Shown here: piece by piece, positions 13,499 through 24,197 of the stretch | Layout: each line of letters begins with the position of its first letter | Position numbering within the stretch: position 1 is the first letter of the stretch | NCBI GenBank assembly: GCA_965232515.1 | Contig: CBDDPY010000002.1 | Coordinates: forward strand, 1,472,001-1,536,000 | Length of the DNA: 64,000 nt | Origin: Alphaproteobacteria bacterium | GTDB taxonomy: Bacteria; Pseudomonadota; Alphaproteobacteria; GCA-2731375 | Direction: 5' to 3' | Notes under the pieces: model-generated | The model's database searches: none | Told to the model about the DNA's origin: nothing | What the model saw: the letters and a program-made list of their open reading frames with translations, nothing else | Translations under genes and position numbers: made by a program

Positions 13499-15868
13499 TT
13501 AACGGCTCAAACAGGCGGCCGCGCAGGCCTCCAGAATGGCCTCCGTATCGATGCCGTGAATGCGATAGAGGTCGGGCACGTCGCCGGACTGGCCAAAGCT
13601 GTCGACACCCAGGCTGAAGACCCTGCGGCGCGAAGCCGACCCCAGCCAGGACAACGTCGCCGGATGCCCGTCGATCACCGTTACCAGGGCCGCGTCGGGC
13701 GCCAGCGGATCCAGCAGCTGACCGATGTGGCTCCTCACCTGGCGCTCGCCCTTGGCCCGCCGGCGCCAGGCATGGCTCCATTCCTGGAACAGCAGGTCCG
13801 GCGAGGTCACCGCCAACAGACCGGCGCCGGGGATGTCCTCGCACACGGCCTCGTGCGCCGCTTGCGCCTCGGGCGCGACCGCGCCGGCATAGACGATCGC
13901 CAGCTCGGCATTCGCGGCCGGCGGCACCAGCCAGTAGGCGCCGGCCAGAACTTCCTCGGTCAGAGCGCGGGTCATTTGCCGATCGGGCTGCGTCAGCGAG
14001 CGGGTCGACAGCCGCAGATAGACCGATCCGCCATCGTCGGCCTGCATGTGGGCAAAGCCCCAGCGCATGATCTCCGACAATTCGTCGACATAGGCCGGCT
14101 CGAACGACGCCAGCTTGTCCTGCCCCATGCCGATCAGCGGCGTCGAGATCGACTGGTGCGCGCCGCCTTCGGGCGCCAGCGTGATACCCGACGGCGTCGC
14201 CACCAGCATGAAGCGGGCGTCCTGATAGCAGGCATAGTTCAGGGCATCGAGGCCGCGCTGAATGAACGGGTCGTAGAGCGTGCCGATGGGCAGCAGCCGG
14301 GTGCCGAACAACGGCCCGGACAGGCCGAGGGCGGCCAGCATGATGAACAGGTTGTTCTCGGCGATGCCGAGCTCGATGTGCTGGCCTTCCTGGCTCATCG
14401 CCCAGCGCTGGGCCGAGACCACCTTCTCGGCGCGGAACACGTCCTCGCGCTTGTGCCGGTCGAAAATGCCGCGCCGGTTGACCCAGCCACCGAGGTTGGT
14501 CGAGACCGTGACGTCGGGCGACGTGGTGACGATGCGGTCGGCCAGCTCACTGTCGCCGCCGGCAAGGTCGAACAGGATCCGGCCGAATGCCTCCTGAGTC
14601 GAGATCGTGTCGCCGGACGGCGCCGGCAGCGCATCGGGCACGGCGATCTTGGCGGCGGGCTTGTTGCGCGATCCGCCTTGTGCGAACGGCGCGGCCGCGA
14701 TGAACGCCTGCAGTCCGTCCAGATCGACGTCGAGGCCGGCAAAGCGGTCCCACTCCTGCCCCTCCGGCACACGCATGGCCGTCTGGAACGCGCTCATCTG
14801 CTCCGGGCTCATCAACCCGGCATGATTGTCCTTGTGACCGGCGAACGGCAAGCCGTGGCCCTTGATCGTGTAGGCGATGAAACAGGTCGGCTCGTCGCCG
14901 TCGACATTGTCGAAGGTCTCCAGCACCGATTCCATGTCCTGACCGGCGAGATTGGTCATCAGCGCCTCGAGCGCGTTGTCGTCGTGCTCGTCGAGGATCG
15001 CCTTCATGCCCGACACATCGCCGAGATCGCGCACCAGATGTTCGCGCCAGCTCGAGCCGCCCTTATAGGTCAACGCCGAATAGAGCGAATTGGGGCAATC
15101 GTCGATCCATTGCCGCAAGGCGTCGCCGCCGGGCTGCGCGAACACGCGCTGCAGGCGCTTGCCGTATTTCAGCGTGATCACCCGCCAGCCCGTGGTGCGG
15201 AAGACGTCATCGACGCGGGCGAACAGCCGGTCCGAGATCACCGAGTCCAGGCTCTGCCGGTTGTAGTCGACGATCCACCAGGTGTTGCGGACATCGTGCT
15301 TCCAGCCCTCCATCAGGGCTTCGAAGATATTGCCCTCGTCGAGCTCGGCATCGCCCATCAGCGCGACCATGCGGCCCGTCGCCGGCGCCTCGCCCATCAG
15401 CCCCTTCATGGAAACGTAGTCCTGGACCAGGCTGGCGAAGGCGGTCATGGCGACGCCGAGGCCGACGGAGCCGGTGGAGAAGTCGACTTCGTCGGTGTCC
15501 TTCGTGCGCGAGGGATAGGATTGCGCGCCGCCCAAGGCCCGAAAGCGCTCAAGCCGCTCCCGGTCCTGCCGGCCGAACAGATACTGGATCGCGTGAAACA
15601 CCGGACTGGCGTGCGGTTTCACGGCGACGCGGTCGTCGGGCCGCAGGATCCGGAAATACAGCGCCGTCATCAGTGTCGCCAGACTGGCGCTCGACGCCTG
15701 ATGGCCACCGACCTTGATCCCGTCCCGGCTCTCGCGCAAGTGGTTGGCGTTGTGGATCATCCAGCTCGACAGCCACAGCACCTTGCGCTCGAGCGCATGA
15801 AGGTAGGCCAGCTCGTCCTGGGCGACATCGGTGCCGTCGCCGGTGACCTGTAGTGATGAAATCGACAT
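13499..15868 (-). CDS. TPP-dependent transketolase-like / homodimeric (AceE-type) 2-oxoacid dehydrogenase E1
   Basis: GGHQASSAS, KPHASP, STGSVGLG, TPP motif GDAELDEG..N, ELGIAENN, LAPEGGAHQS. Confidence 0.85.
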   Translation of the reverse strand: MSISSLQVTGDGTDVAQDELAYLHALERKVLWLSSWMIHNANHLRESRDGIKVGGHQASSASLATLMTALYFRILRPDDRVAVKPHASPVFHAIQYLFGRQDRERLERFRALGGAQSYPSRTKDTDEVDFSTGSVGLGVAMTAFASLVQDYVSMKGLMGEAPATGRMVALMGDAELDEGNIFEALMEGWKHDVRNTWWIVDYNRQSLDSVISDRLFARVDDVFRTTGWRVITLKYGKRLQRVFAQPGGDALRQWIDDCPNSLYSALTYKGGSSWREHLVRDLGDVSGMKAILDEHDDNALEALMTNLAGQDMESVLETFDNVDGDEPTCFIAYTIKGHGLPFAGHKDNHAGLMSPEQMSAFQTAMRVPEGQEWDRFAGLDVDLDGLQAFIAAAPFAQGGSRNKPAAKIAVPDALPAPSGDTISTQEAFGRILFDLAGGDSELADRIVTTSPDVTVSTNLGGWVNRRGIFDRHKREDVFRAEKVVSAQRWAMSQEGQHIELGIAENNLFIMLAALGLSGPLFGTRLLPIGTLYDPFIQRGLDALNYACYQDARFMLVATPSGITLAPEGGAHQSISTPLIGMGQDKLASFEPAYVDELSEIMRWGFAHMQADDGGSVYLRLSTRSLTQPDRQMTRALTEEVLAGAYWLVPPAANAELAIVYAGAVAPEAQAAHEAVCEDIPGAGLLAVTSPDLLFQEWSHAWRRRAKGERQVRSHIGQLLDPLAPDAALVTVIDGHPATLSWLGSASRRRVFSLGVDSFGQSGDVPDLYRIHGIDTEAILEACAAACLSR

Positions 15869-15980
15869 AAACAGCCGCTCCCGACCGCGAATTGCGTATC
15901 AGCCGGGCGGATACTAACACGCTTCGCCGCCGACGCGCGTCAGCGGTCGGATTCAATACAATAAAGTCTTTGCGAAGCCG

Positions 15981-16232
15981 TCAGGCGGTGGAGGCAGCGC
16001 CAAGGCCGCACGGCCGATAGAGCTCGGTGAAGGCGTTGACGGCAAGAATACGGGTTTCGCTGGCATCGTCGATCGCCGGCACCTTGAGCTTGAACCGGAC
16101 ATGCGGAATGCCGAACGGGTCTTCCCCGACCCATACGACCGTCGCCTGCTCGACGATATTGTGCTCGCGCAGACGTTCGAAGCGCGCGCCCTCGGCGATC
16201 GAACTAGCGGGTCTACGCCGTCTAAAAAACAT
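15981..16232 (-). CDS. Hypothetical protein
   Basis: 83-aa ORF from ATG 16232 filling an intergenic gap; no recognised motif. Confidence 0.5.
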   Translation of the reverse strand: MFFRRRRPASSIAEGARFERLREHNIVEQATVVWVGEDPFGIPHVRFKLKVPAIDDASETRILAVNAFTELYRPCGLGAASTA

Positions 16233-16423
16233 TCCTGCCCTCAGCGATCGAGAGTTCTCCGACGTCAAAAATCTAAAGAATTGGTCTGAAAAAACCGTTA
16301 ATGCCAATCCCGCAAACCCCTAAAATGCGCGGTAAATGGCTGTCGTTCGGCCAGCTTACCCGCCATGGGCCGTAAGGTTAGCAATGACCAAATCCCGCGA
16401 GCGCGGTCGAGGCGGCCCGGCGA

Positions 16424-17827
16424 TCAGTCGCGCGCCAGCTTGCGCACGCTTGAGGCAGCGGCGATCTTGTTCTCGCCTGTATAGGATTCGTGGTTCTTGT
16501 CGATCTCGGACAGGTCGTAGAGGTAGTTGACCATCAGTCCCGCCGATTGCCGAAGGCCGTTCTCCGAGGTGTCGGCAAGCCAGTTGATACGTTCCAGGCG
16601 GGCGCCGTTCGAGAGATGGAAATGCGCAACACGGTCGTGCGCCGCGCCGCTGCGCTTTACCTCCAGCAGGTAACGCGCGCCGAGCCGCATCAGGATCGGC
16701 TTCAAAACAGCGGCGGTGTCTTCTTCTTCATACCAGTCGGGCTGGTCCAACAGATTGCGCAGCGCCGGGCCTGGCGGCTGATCGTCGGCGATACGGCTCA
16801 GATCCTGCGCTTCCGACGCCGAGAACAGTGCTTCGCCCTCGCTGCCGTCGAGCTGCGGGTCGATCCAGGCGCGGAAACCGGGCACCGGCGACAGGGTCGC
16901 GAATGTCTTCAGGTTCGGCAGGTTGCGCGACAGGTGGTCCGCCACGCGCTTGATCAGGAAGTTGCCGAAACTCACGCCGGCCAACCCGGCCTGCGCATTC
17001 GAAATCGAATAGAAGATCGCGGTGTCCGCGTCCTCGGGGTCGCCCGACGGTGCGGTCTCGTCCAGCAGGGCCTGAACGTTGTCGGCAATGCCGCTGACCA
17101 GCGCCACCTGCACGAAGATCAGCGGCTCGTCCGGCATGCTGGGATGGAAGAAGGCGTAAAGCCGCCGATCGGAATCGAGCCGGTTCTTCAGATCGTGCCA
17201 GGAGCGGATCTCGTGCACCGCCTCGTAGGCGATCAGCTTTTCAAGCAGCGCGGCCGGCGCTTCCCAGGTGATGCGCTCCAGCGTCAGGAAGCCGACATCG
17301 AACCAGGACGCCAGCAATTCGCGCAGTTCGTTGTCCAGCGCCTTCAGCGCCGCATCCTTGCGCGCCAGCGGCAACAGCTCCGCGCGAAGGTCGACGAGAA
17401 ACTTCACCCCCTGCGGCAAGCCGTTGAACTGGCGCAGCAACCGAATGCTCGGCGGCAGCAGGGCAGCGCGCAGCTGGCGCTCCGCGGCGACACGTCCGAC
17501 ATCGTCTGTCGCCGTGCGCCGGGCCGTGATCGCGGCCTCGACTTCGTCGTCGACGACGCCGTATTCGTTGGCCAGGATCTGCAGAAAGCGTTCGCGGCCA
17601 GTCGGATTGAGGGCCAGATACGCGCGGCCGAGTTCCGCCGCCCGCGCCCGCACCGACACCTCGCCGCCGGGCGCGCCGAGACAGGCGTCAATGCGCTGGC
17701 GCAGCAGATCGGTGTCCGACTGCGGCAGGTCCGGCGCCAGCGACCATGACTGCGAGCGCCCGCGCAGCGCCCGCTTCAGGCTGCCGAGCGTCCGGTCAAA
17801 CAGCTCGAGTCTCATTAACGGCCTCAT
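16424..17827 (-). CDS. Malonyl-CoA decarboxylase
   Basis: YEAVHEI, DRRLYAFFHP, FYSISNAQAGLAGVSFGNFLIKRV, TLSPVPGF, VAHFHLSNGA. Confidence 0.93.
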   Translation of the reverse strand: MRPLMRLELFDRTLGSLKRALRGRSQSWSLAPDLPQSDTDLLRQRIDACLGAPGGEVSVRARAAELGRAYLALNPTGRERFLQILANEYGVVDDEVEAAITARRTATDDVGRVAAERQLRAALLPPSIRLLRQFNGLPQGVKFLVDLRAELLPLARKDAALKALDNELRELLASWFDVGFLTLERITWEAPAALLEKLIAYEAVHEIRSWHDLKNRLDSDRRLYAFFHPSMPDEPLIFVQVALVSGIADNVQALLDETAPSGDPEDADTAIFYSISNAQAGLAGVSFGNFLIKRVADHLSRNLPNLKTFATLSPVPGFRAWIDPQLDGSEGEALFSASEAQDLSRIADDQPPGPALRNLLDQPDWYEEEDTAAVLKPILMRLGARYLLEVKRSGAAHDRVAHFHLSNGARLERINWLADTSENGLRQSAGLMVNYLYDLSEIDKNHESYTGENKIAAASSVRKLARD

Positions 17828-17895
17828 GGTCCGCAAACACTAAAGACGATTTATTAAGATTGTTCGGACCCGCACAACCCCGTTCGGGCCGTGAC

Positions 17896-19353
17896 CTATG
17901 GTCGCGGGAGGTCCGCCAGCGCCGCCGGCAGGGTCTCGCAGAGGTCCTCGGCGATCAGGCCGGGGCCGAAATGCTGCGCCGCGGCGCCATGCAGCCAGGC
18001 AGCGGCACAGCCGGCATCGAACGGATCCATGCCCTGCGCCAACAAGCCCAACGCGATACCGGCCAGTACGTCGCCCGCGCCCGCCGTCGCCAGCGTCGGC
18101 GGCGCGTTCGTGTTGATCGCCGCCCGCCCGTCGGGTGCGGCAATGACGGTATCCGGTCCCTTTAAGAGAACCACGGCGCCGCTTTCCCGCGCCGCCGTCC
18201 GGGCCCGCGCGAGCTTGCCGCCATCCACGTCGAACAGCCGCCCGAACTCGCCCTCATGCGGCGTCATCAGGCACGGTCCGCGCACGGCCCTGAACAGCGT
18301 CTTGGGCGCCCGCGCGAAGACCGTCAACGCATCCGCGTCCAGAACGCAGGCCCGCCGCGTCTTCAAGGCCGCCAGCACGTGCCGGCGTGTCGCGGCGGTG
18401 ACGCCATTGCCCGGACCGACAAGGACGGCGTTGCGGCGGCGGTCGGCGATGGCATCGGCGAAACCGCTTGTTCCCTTGATCTCGGCCAGCATGACGGCAG
18501 TGAGCTGCGCGGCGTTCTCGGCCATGGCCGAGGTCGGCGCCAGCACCGTCACCAGGCCGGCGCCGGCCCGCAACGCGGCACGCGCCGCCAGCCGCGCCGC
18601 GCCGCTCTTGCCCCTGGGTCCGCTGGCGACGACGGCATGCCCGCGGCTGTATTTGTGGCCCTCGACCCCGGGCCAGGGAAGTCGCGTCCCCCACAGCGCG
18701 GGCGTGTTCTCCCAGGTCCGCGGTCCGATCTCGTCCAGCACTGCAGGCGGGATGCCGATGTCAACGACGCGAACCTCGCCGCAGCACCGACGGCCCGGCA
18801 GCAGCAGATGTCCTGGCTTGGGCCGGAAAAAGGTCACCGTCATCGCCGCCGGCAACGCATAACCGCAGATCTCGCCGGTGTCGCCGTGAACGCCGCTCGG
18901 CACGTCGACGGCGACGCTCGGCAGTCCACGGTCCGCCGCCGCGGCCAGCACATCCCGCGCCGCGCCGTCAACATCGCGCGTCAGACCGGCCCCGAAGATC
19001 GCATCGACCACCAGCGCCGCGCCGTCGAGCACATCCGGCGACATCGGCCACACCTTGCCGCGCCAGCGCTTCGCCATGGCGGCGGCGTCGCCCTTCAACC
19101 GCGCCTTGTCGCCCAGCAACGCCAGCCGCACCGGCGCGCCAGCAGCGCGCAGATGCCGGGCGATGACGAAGCCGTCGCCACCGTTGTTGCCGGGGCCACA
19201 CAGCACCGCGACGGGTTCGGAACCGAACTGCTCCAGGATTTCGTCGGCGACGCCCTTGCCGGCCGCCTCCATCAGAGTTATCCCCGACACGCCAGCCGCC
19301 ATCGCGGCCTGGTCGGCCGCGTACATCTCGGCAACGGACAGCAGCGTGTTCAT
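17896..19353 (-). CDS. nnr: Bifunctional NAD(P)H-hydrate epimerase/dehydratase
   Basis: LMEAAG, GPGNNGGDG, VDVPSG, HKYSRGH, TPHEGEF, LATAGAGDVLAG. Confidence 0.93.
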   Translation of the reverse strand: MNTLLSVAEMYAADQAAMAAGVSGITLMEAAGKGVADEILEQFGSEPVAVLCGPGNNGGDGFVIARHLRAAGAPVRLALLGDKARLKGDAAAMAKRWRGKVWPMSPDVLDGAALVVDAIFGAGLTRDVDGAARDVLAAAADRGLPSVAVDVPSGVHGDTGEICGYALPAAMTVTFFRPKPGHLLLPGRRCCGEVRVVDIGIPPAVLDEIGPRTWENTPALWGTRLPWPGVEGHKYSRGHAVVASGPRGKSGAARLAARAALRAGAGLVTVLAPTSAMAENAAQLTAVMLAEIKGTSGFADAIADRRRNAVLVGPGNGVTAATRRHVLAALKTRRACVLDADALTVFARAPKTLFRAVRGPCLMTPHEGEFGRLFDVDGGKLARARTAARESGAVVLLKGPDTVIAAPDGRAAINTNAPPTLATAGAGDVLAGIALGLLAQGMDPFDAGCAAAWLHGAAAQHFGPGLIAEDLCETLPAALADLPRP

Positions 19354-19378
19354 CGGCGCCCGACCCGGCAACCTGTCG

Positions 19379-20770
19379 TTACAACACCGGGCGCGCCGTG
19401 ATGGGATGCGCGGCCTCGTAGGCCTGCGCCGCCCGCAACACCAGATCCTCGCGATAGTTGGCAGCCACGATCTGCAGGCCGACGGGCAACCCATCCTCGG
19501 TGAAGCCGCAGGGAATGCTGCAGGCCGGCTGTTGCGTCAGGTTGAAGGGGTAGCTGAATGGCGTCCAGCCCAGCCAGTAGCCGACACCGTCCTCCTCCGG
19601 CGGATGCAGCCGACCGGCGTCGAAGGCGGGGATCGAGAGAGACGGCGTCAGCAACAGATCGTAGTCCTCGTGGAAGCGGCGCATATGGGCGCCAAGCTCG
19701 AAACGCCGCCCCGCCGCGCGCACATAGTCGGCGGCCGACACCCCCTGCCCTTCGGCAACGATGGCGGCCAGTTCCGGTTCCAGCTTCGATTGGTCGAGCG
19801 ACGCGAAGCCGGCCGCCGCGCCGCTCCACCAGTGAATGCGAAAGTCCTCGGTCGGATCGGCAAAGCCGGGGTCCCGCGTTTCCACGTTCGCCCCCAGATC
19901 GGCAAAGGCGTCGGCCGCCGCCTTGACCAATCGGTCGACCTCAGGGTGTACCTTCGCATAGCCCAAGTTCGCGCTGTACGCGATGCGCAGTCCGGCAACG
20001 CCGTTGTCGAGGCCGTCGGTAAAGTCGATGCCCTGATACGGCAGGCTGGTCCAGTCGCGTCCGTCGGGCAGGGCCAGCACGTTCATCATCAACGCCGCGT
20101 CACGAACGGTTCGGGTCATCGGGCCGATATGGCTCAAGCTGCCCATGGGGCTAGGCGGCCAGGCCGGCACACGGCCGAAGTTCGCCTTCAGGCCGAAGAC
20201 CCCCGTAAAGCCCGCGGGTATGCGGATCGATCCGCCGCCATCCGAACCGATCGCCAACGGCGCCATGCCCGCCGCCAACGCCGCTGATGCGCCGCCGGAC
20301 GAACCGCCGGGCGTCTTTTCCAGATTCCAGGGATTGCGCGTGATGCCGGTCAGCTTGCTGTCGGTTACGCCCTTCCAGCCGAACTCGGGCGTCGTGGTCT
20401 TGCCGACCAGCACCGCGCCATGCTCGCGCAGGCGGGCGACGCACGGCGCGTCGACCTCCCACGGTCCGGCCGGGTCGACCGTCAACGAACCGCGCAATGT
20501 CGGCCAGCCCTTGGTCAGGACGAGATCCTTGATCGAGGTCGGTACGCCGTCGAGCAGGCCTTGCGGTTCGCCCCGCGCCCAGCGCGCTTCCGACGCCCGG
20601 GCCTGATCCATCGCCGCGTCCGCATCAATCAGGTCGAAGGCGTTGACCTTGGCGTTGTGGGCGTCGATCCGATCCAGCACGGCCTGCGTCGCCTCGACGG
20701 GCGACAGCGTTTTGTCGCGATAGGCGGCAAGCAGGTCGGTCGCGGACAGATAGACGAGTTCTTCTGACAC
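19379..20770 (-). CDS. Amidase-signature family protein
   Basis: PTSIKD Lys, GGSSGGAS, GSDGGGSIRIPA. Confidence 0.93.
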   Translation of the reverse strand: MSEELVYLSATDLLAAYRDKTLSPVEATQAVLDRIDAHNAKVNAFDLIDADAAMDQARASEARWARGEPQGLLDGVPTSIKDLVLTKGWPTLRGSLTVDPAGPWEVDAPCVARLREHGAVLVGKTTTPEFGWKGVTDSKLTGITRNPWNLEKTPGGSSGGASAALAAGMAPLAIGSDGGGSIRIPAGFTGVFGLKANFGRVPAWPPSPMGSLSHIGPMTRTVRDAALMMNVLALPDGRDWTSLPYQGIDFTDGLDNGVAGLRIAYSANLGYAKVHPEVDRLVKAAADAFADLGANVETRDPGFADPTEDFRIHWWSGAAAGFASLDQSKLEPELAAIVAEGQGVSAADYVRAAGRRFELGAHMRRFHEDYDLLLTPSLSIPAFDAGRLHPPEEDGVGYWLGWTPFSYPFNLTQQPACSIPCGFTEDGLPVGLQIVAANYREDLVLRAAQAYEAAHPITARPVL

Positions 20771-20852
20771 GGGGCAAGCACTCCGGCGGATGGGTTTCGA
20801 TTGGTGTCGTCGGCCGTATTCTCGCCGCAGCCGACGGCGGCGACAACCGGCT

Positions 20853-21749
20853 TCAGCCCGCGGGCAGCCAGTTGCGGGCCTGGGCCCGCACCTTGCGGGC
20901 CTGGGCCGGCGTCAACTGCGATCGCAGCTTGTCGAAATAGTATTCGGCGAGGCTCGGGTTCTGCGCCGCGCCCAGCAGCGTCCAGAAATACGATTTCTCG
21001 AGATCCCGCTCGACGCCCTCGCCCAGCAGATACATACGGCCGAGGAAGATCTGCGCGTCCGAATTGCCGGCGTTGGCGGCAACGCCGAAATGATAGGCCG
21101 CCATCTCCTTGTTCTTATTCACGCCCTCGCCGTTGTAGTAGATGAAGCCGAGATTGAAGGCTGCCTTGTCGATGCCGGCCGCGGCGGCTTCCGAGAAGAG
21201 CAGAGCGGCCCGCTCGCGATCTTGCCGCACACCACGGCCGAAATAATAGTGATAGGCGAGGTTGCGCTTGGCCTTGGCGTTGCCTTGCCCCGCGGACTGC
21301 TCGTACCAGTCGACGGCCCGTCGCAGGTCCTGCCGCACACCGCGTCCGTGGGCGTAGAATTGGCCGATATTGCGCTGCGCCTTGGCGTTGCCGGCGCGCG
21401 CGGCCTGCTCGTACCACCTGGCGGCCTCGGCATCATCCTGGGGTACGACCTTGCCTTCCTCGTAATAGATCCCGACCACGCGCTGGGATTCGATGTGCCC
21501 GGCCTCGGCGGCGCGGCGGAACCAGCTCAAAGCCGTCTCCGGGTCGCCGACGACGCCGCGCCCGGCATCGTACATGCGGCCGACGCGATACGCCGCCTCG
21601 GTGTTGCCCTCCTCGGCCGCGGCGGTGAAATGCTGCAGGGCGCTGCGGAAGTTGCCGGAATCATAGGCACGTTCGGCACGCTGCATGTCGGCATAGGCGG
21701 CCTGCGCGCCGCCGACCAGAATTCCCGCGACCAATATCCAGCTTCGCAT
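20853..21749 (-). CDS. Exported Sel1-repeat protein
   Basis: Signal peptide followed by repeated A..G...A...lG..Y..G.GV..D...A..W units. Confidence 0.9.
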   Translation of the reverse strand: MRSWILVAGILVGGAQAAYADMQRAERAYDSGNFRSALQHFTAAAEEGNTEAAYRVGRMYDAGRGVVGDPETALSWFRRAAEAGHIESQRVVGIYYEEGKVVPQDDAEAARWYEQAARAGNAKAQRNIGQFYAHGRGVRQDLRRAVDWYEQSAGQGNAKAKRNLAYHYYFGRGVRQDRERAALLFSEAAAAGIDKAAFNLGFIYYNGEGVNKNKEMAAYHFGVAANAGNSDAQIFLGRMYLLGEGVERDLEKSYFWTLLGAAQNPSLAEYYFDKLRSQLTPAQARKVRAQARNWLPAG

Positions 21750-21871
21750 GCGTGTCGAGCTCGAAACCCTCTTTCTACCCGCGCCGCAATCTAACGGCGC
21801 GGCTCTCGCCAAACAATAGCCGCAACCAAGCTAGCACTGGACTTGATCGACTGCATGGAAGCGGGCTATCG

Positions 21872-22078
21872 ATGCGCATGCGTTTCGTCCTGGCCATTGC
21901 CGCACCGATCCTGTTGACCGCCGCCTGCGGCGGCGTCGACGAACCGCTGTTGCGCGACCATTATGTCGGCAAGTCGATCCTGCAGCCCGACAAGACACCG
22001 CAATACGTCAAGCGCGACGGCCAGGGCAATCCGATCCTGGAACCTGAGCGCAAATGGTGGTGGCCCTTTGGCGACTGA
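21872..22078 (+). CDS. Small putative lipoprotein
   Basis: Hydrophobic N-terminus ending in lipobox-like LTAAC. Confidence 0.55.
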   Translation: MRMRFVLAIAAPILLTAACGGVDEPLLRDHYVGKSILQPDKTPQYVKRDGQGNPILEPERKWWWPFGD

Positions 22079-22102
22079 TCCGCAACCAAGCCGGTTCAAG
22101 CG

Positions 22103-23086
22103 ATGACGGTTCTGATCACGGGCGGTACCGGCTTCGTCGGCTTGAATATCGCCGAGGCGCTGGTTCAGCGGGGCACGCCGGTCCTGTTGTTCGATATCGG
22201 CGCGCCGCCGGACGAGGCCGTGCGGGAGCTGTCGGAGGGCGGCACGCCGGTCCACTTCGTTCAGGGCGACATCCGCGATCGCGCGGCGCTTGACGCGGCG
22301 ATCACGACGCACCGCGTCGAACAAGCGGTTCATGCCGCCGTGATCACCGCCGGCGCCGACCGCGAGGCCCGCGACGCGGCGACGATCGTCGAGGTCAACA
22401 TGCTCGGCACCGTCGCGATGCTGGAGGCGGCCCTACAGCATGGTCTGACGCGGTTGGTCTATCTGTCCTCGTCCAGCGTCTACGGCGACAACAGCTTCGA
22501 GGACGCGCAGCTTGACGAAGCCGCCACGCCCGCACTGCCGAATACGCTCTATTCGATCAGCAAGTATGCCGGCGAGCGCATGGCGTTGCGCTATCGCGAC
22601 CTGCGCGGCCTCGACGTCGTCTGCGCGCGGCTGTCGGCCGCCTTCGGTCCCTGGGAACGCGACACCGGATTCCGCGACACGTTGAGCCCACCGTTCCGCT
22701 CTACGCTGGCCGCGCTGCGCGGCGAGACCGTGACCCTGCCCCGCCCCGTCAATCGCGACTGGGTGTACGGCCGCGACGTTGCCGCCGCGGTGACGATCCT
22801 GCTTGAACGCGAACGCTTCGCGCACCGCGTCTACAATGTCGGGCCGGGCGCCGAGTTCGCCACATCGGATTGGTGCGCGTTGTTGGCCAAACGCTTTCCG
22901 GATTTCTCGTGGGCGATCGACGGCGGCGCGGACACGACTCTCTGGGGTGACCGCGACCGCAAGCCGCTCGCCATCGACCGGTTGACGTCGGACCTGGACT
23001 ACACGCCACGCTACCGGATTGCCGAAGCGTTCGATGACTACATGTCCTGGCTCGACCGGCATCCGGGTTTCGTCGACAGCCTCTAG
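22103..23086 (+). CDS. NAD-dependent epimerase/dehydratase (extended SDR)
   Basis: TGGTGFVG, SSSSVYG, YSISK. Confidence 0.9.
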   Translation: MTVLITGGTGFVGLNIAEALVQRGTPVLLFDIGAPPDEAVRELSEGGTPVHFVQGDIRDRAALDAAITTHRVEQAVHAAVITAGADREARDAATIVEVNMLGTVAMLEAALQHGLTRLVYLSSSSVYGDNSFEDAQLDEAATPALPNTLYSISKYAGERMALRYRDLRGLDVVCARLSAAFGPWERDTGFRDTLSPPFRSTLAALRGETVTLPRPVNRDWVYGRDVAAAVTILLERERFAHRVYNVGPGAEFATSDWCALLAKRFPDFSWAIDGGADTTLWGDRDRKPLAIDRLTSDLDYTPRYRIAEAFDDYMSWLDRHPGFVDSL

Positions 23087-23108
23087 AATGCGCTGCCCTT
23101 AAACGAGT

Positions 23109-23134
23109 AACGGCGGCTCTTTCGAGCCGCCGTT
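23109..23134. terminator. Hairpin between convergent genes
   Basis: AACGGCGGCTC-TTTC-GAGCCGCCGTT, perfect 11-bp stem. Confidence 0.65.
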
Positions 23135-23156
23135 CCCCGTTGTCGATCTACCGCGA

Positions 23157-24197
23157 TCAGCGATAGCGATGGGCCTGCGACCAGCGCTGCTCGAATTCGC
23201 GCTGGCTCGCCAGCACCTTCGCGAACCAGCCGCCTTCTTTGGCGGCGATCTCGTCGGCCCATTCAGCCGTCGCCTTGGCGGCGGCTGCCTTGAAGCCTTC
23301 GTCGACGTCGATCACCTCATTGCCGGATTCCAGATATTCCTGGAAGGCGTCGGCATCGTCGTTGCCAATCTGCATCCAGACATCCAACGTCATGTCCTTC
23401 GCCGCCATCTCGATCAGCATCTGCTGCCGTTCCGACATGCCGTCCCATACCGACGGGTTGAACTGGCATTCCTGGAACGCCGACGGCTGATGCAAGCCGG
23501 GCACGATCACGTATTTCGCCACCTTGGCGAAGCCGTGCGACTTGTTCATGGACGGCGTGCCCCACTCGATGCCGTCGACCACGCCGCGTTCCAGCGCCGG
23601 ATAGACTTCGGCGCCCGGCAGGATCACCGTGGATGCGCCGAGGCGGCTGGCGATCTCGGCCCAGGCGCCTGAGGTGCGCACCTTCATGCCCTGATAGTCG
23701 GCCAGCGACTTCACCGGCTTGCGCGAATGCATGAAAATCTCGCGCGGAATGGTGCCGCACGGCATGGCGACGACGCCGAACTTCTCCATGCGCCACTCGC
23801 GCCAGAGTTCCAGACCGCCACCCTTGTACATCCAGTGAATCATCTTCACCGTCTCCGGGCTGCCGGCAAAGCCGCCGAACAGCACGCCGGTCTTGTCGAT
23901 GCCCCAGTCGTAACCGGACCAGTTATGACTTGCTTCGGCGACGCGGTTGCGCACGGTCTCGGTCACCTTCAGAGCGCTGCCGAGCGTGCCCCCCGGGAAG
24001 ACCTCCAGTTTGATCTCGCCGTCGGTCAGGAACTCAACCTTCTCCGCGAAGCCCTTCGCCATCATGTTCAGCAATGGTCCGCCGCCCCAGGGTGTCGCCA
24101 TGCTGAGTTGCTCGGCCGCGGTGGCGCCACTCGCGGCCATCGCCACGCCAAGCCCAACACAGACGCTCCAGACCCGCCTCTTCGCTTTTTTGATCAT
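23157..24197 (-). CDS. TRAP transporter substrate-binding protein (DctP family)
   Basis: Signal peptide; GMKVRT, EVYPALERGVVDG.EW. Confidence 0.88.
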   Translation of the reverse strand: MIKKAKRRVWSVCVGLGVAMAASGATAAEQLSMATPWGGGPLLNMMAKGFAEKVEFLTDGEIKLEVFPGGTLGSALKVTETVRNRVAEASHNWSGYDWGIDKTGVLFGGFAGSPETVKMIHWMYKGGGLELWREWRMEKFGVVAMPCGTIPREIFMHSRKPVKSLADYQGMKVRTSGAWAEIASRLGASTVILPGAEVYPALERGVVDGIEWGTPSMNKSHGFAKVAKYVIVPGLHQPSAFQECQFNPSVWDGMSERQQMLIEMAAKDMTLDVWMQIGNDDADAFQEYLESGNEVIDVDEGFKAAAAKATAEWADEIAAKEGGWFAKVLASQREFEQRWSQAHRYR

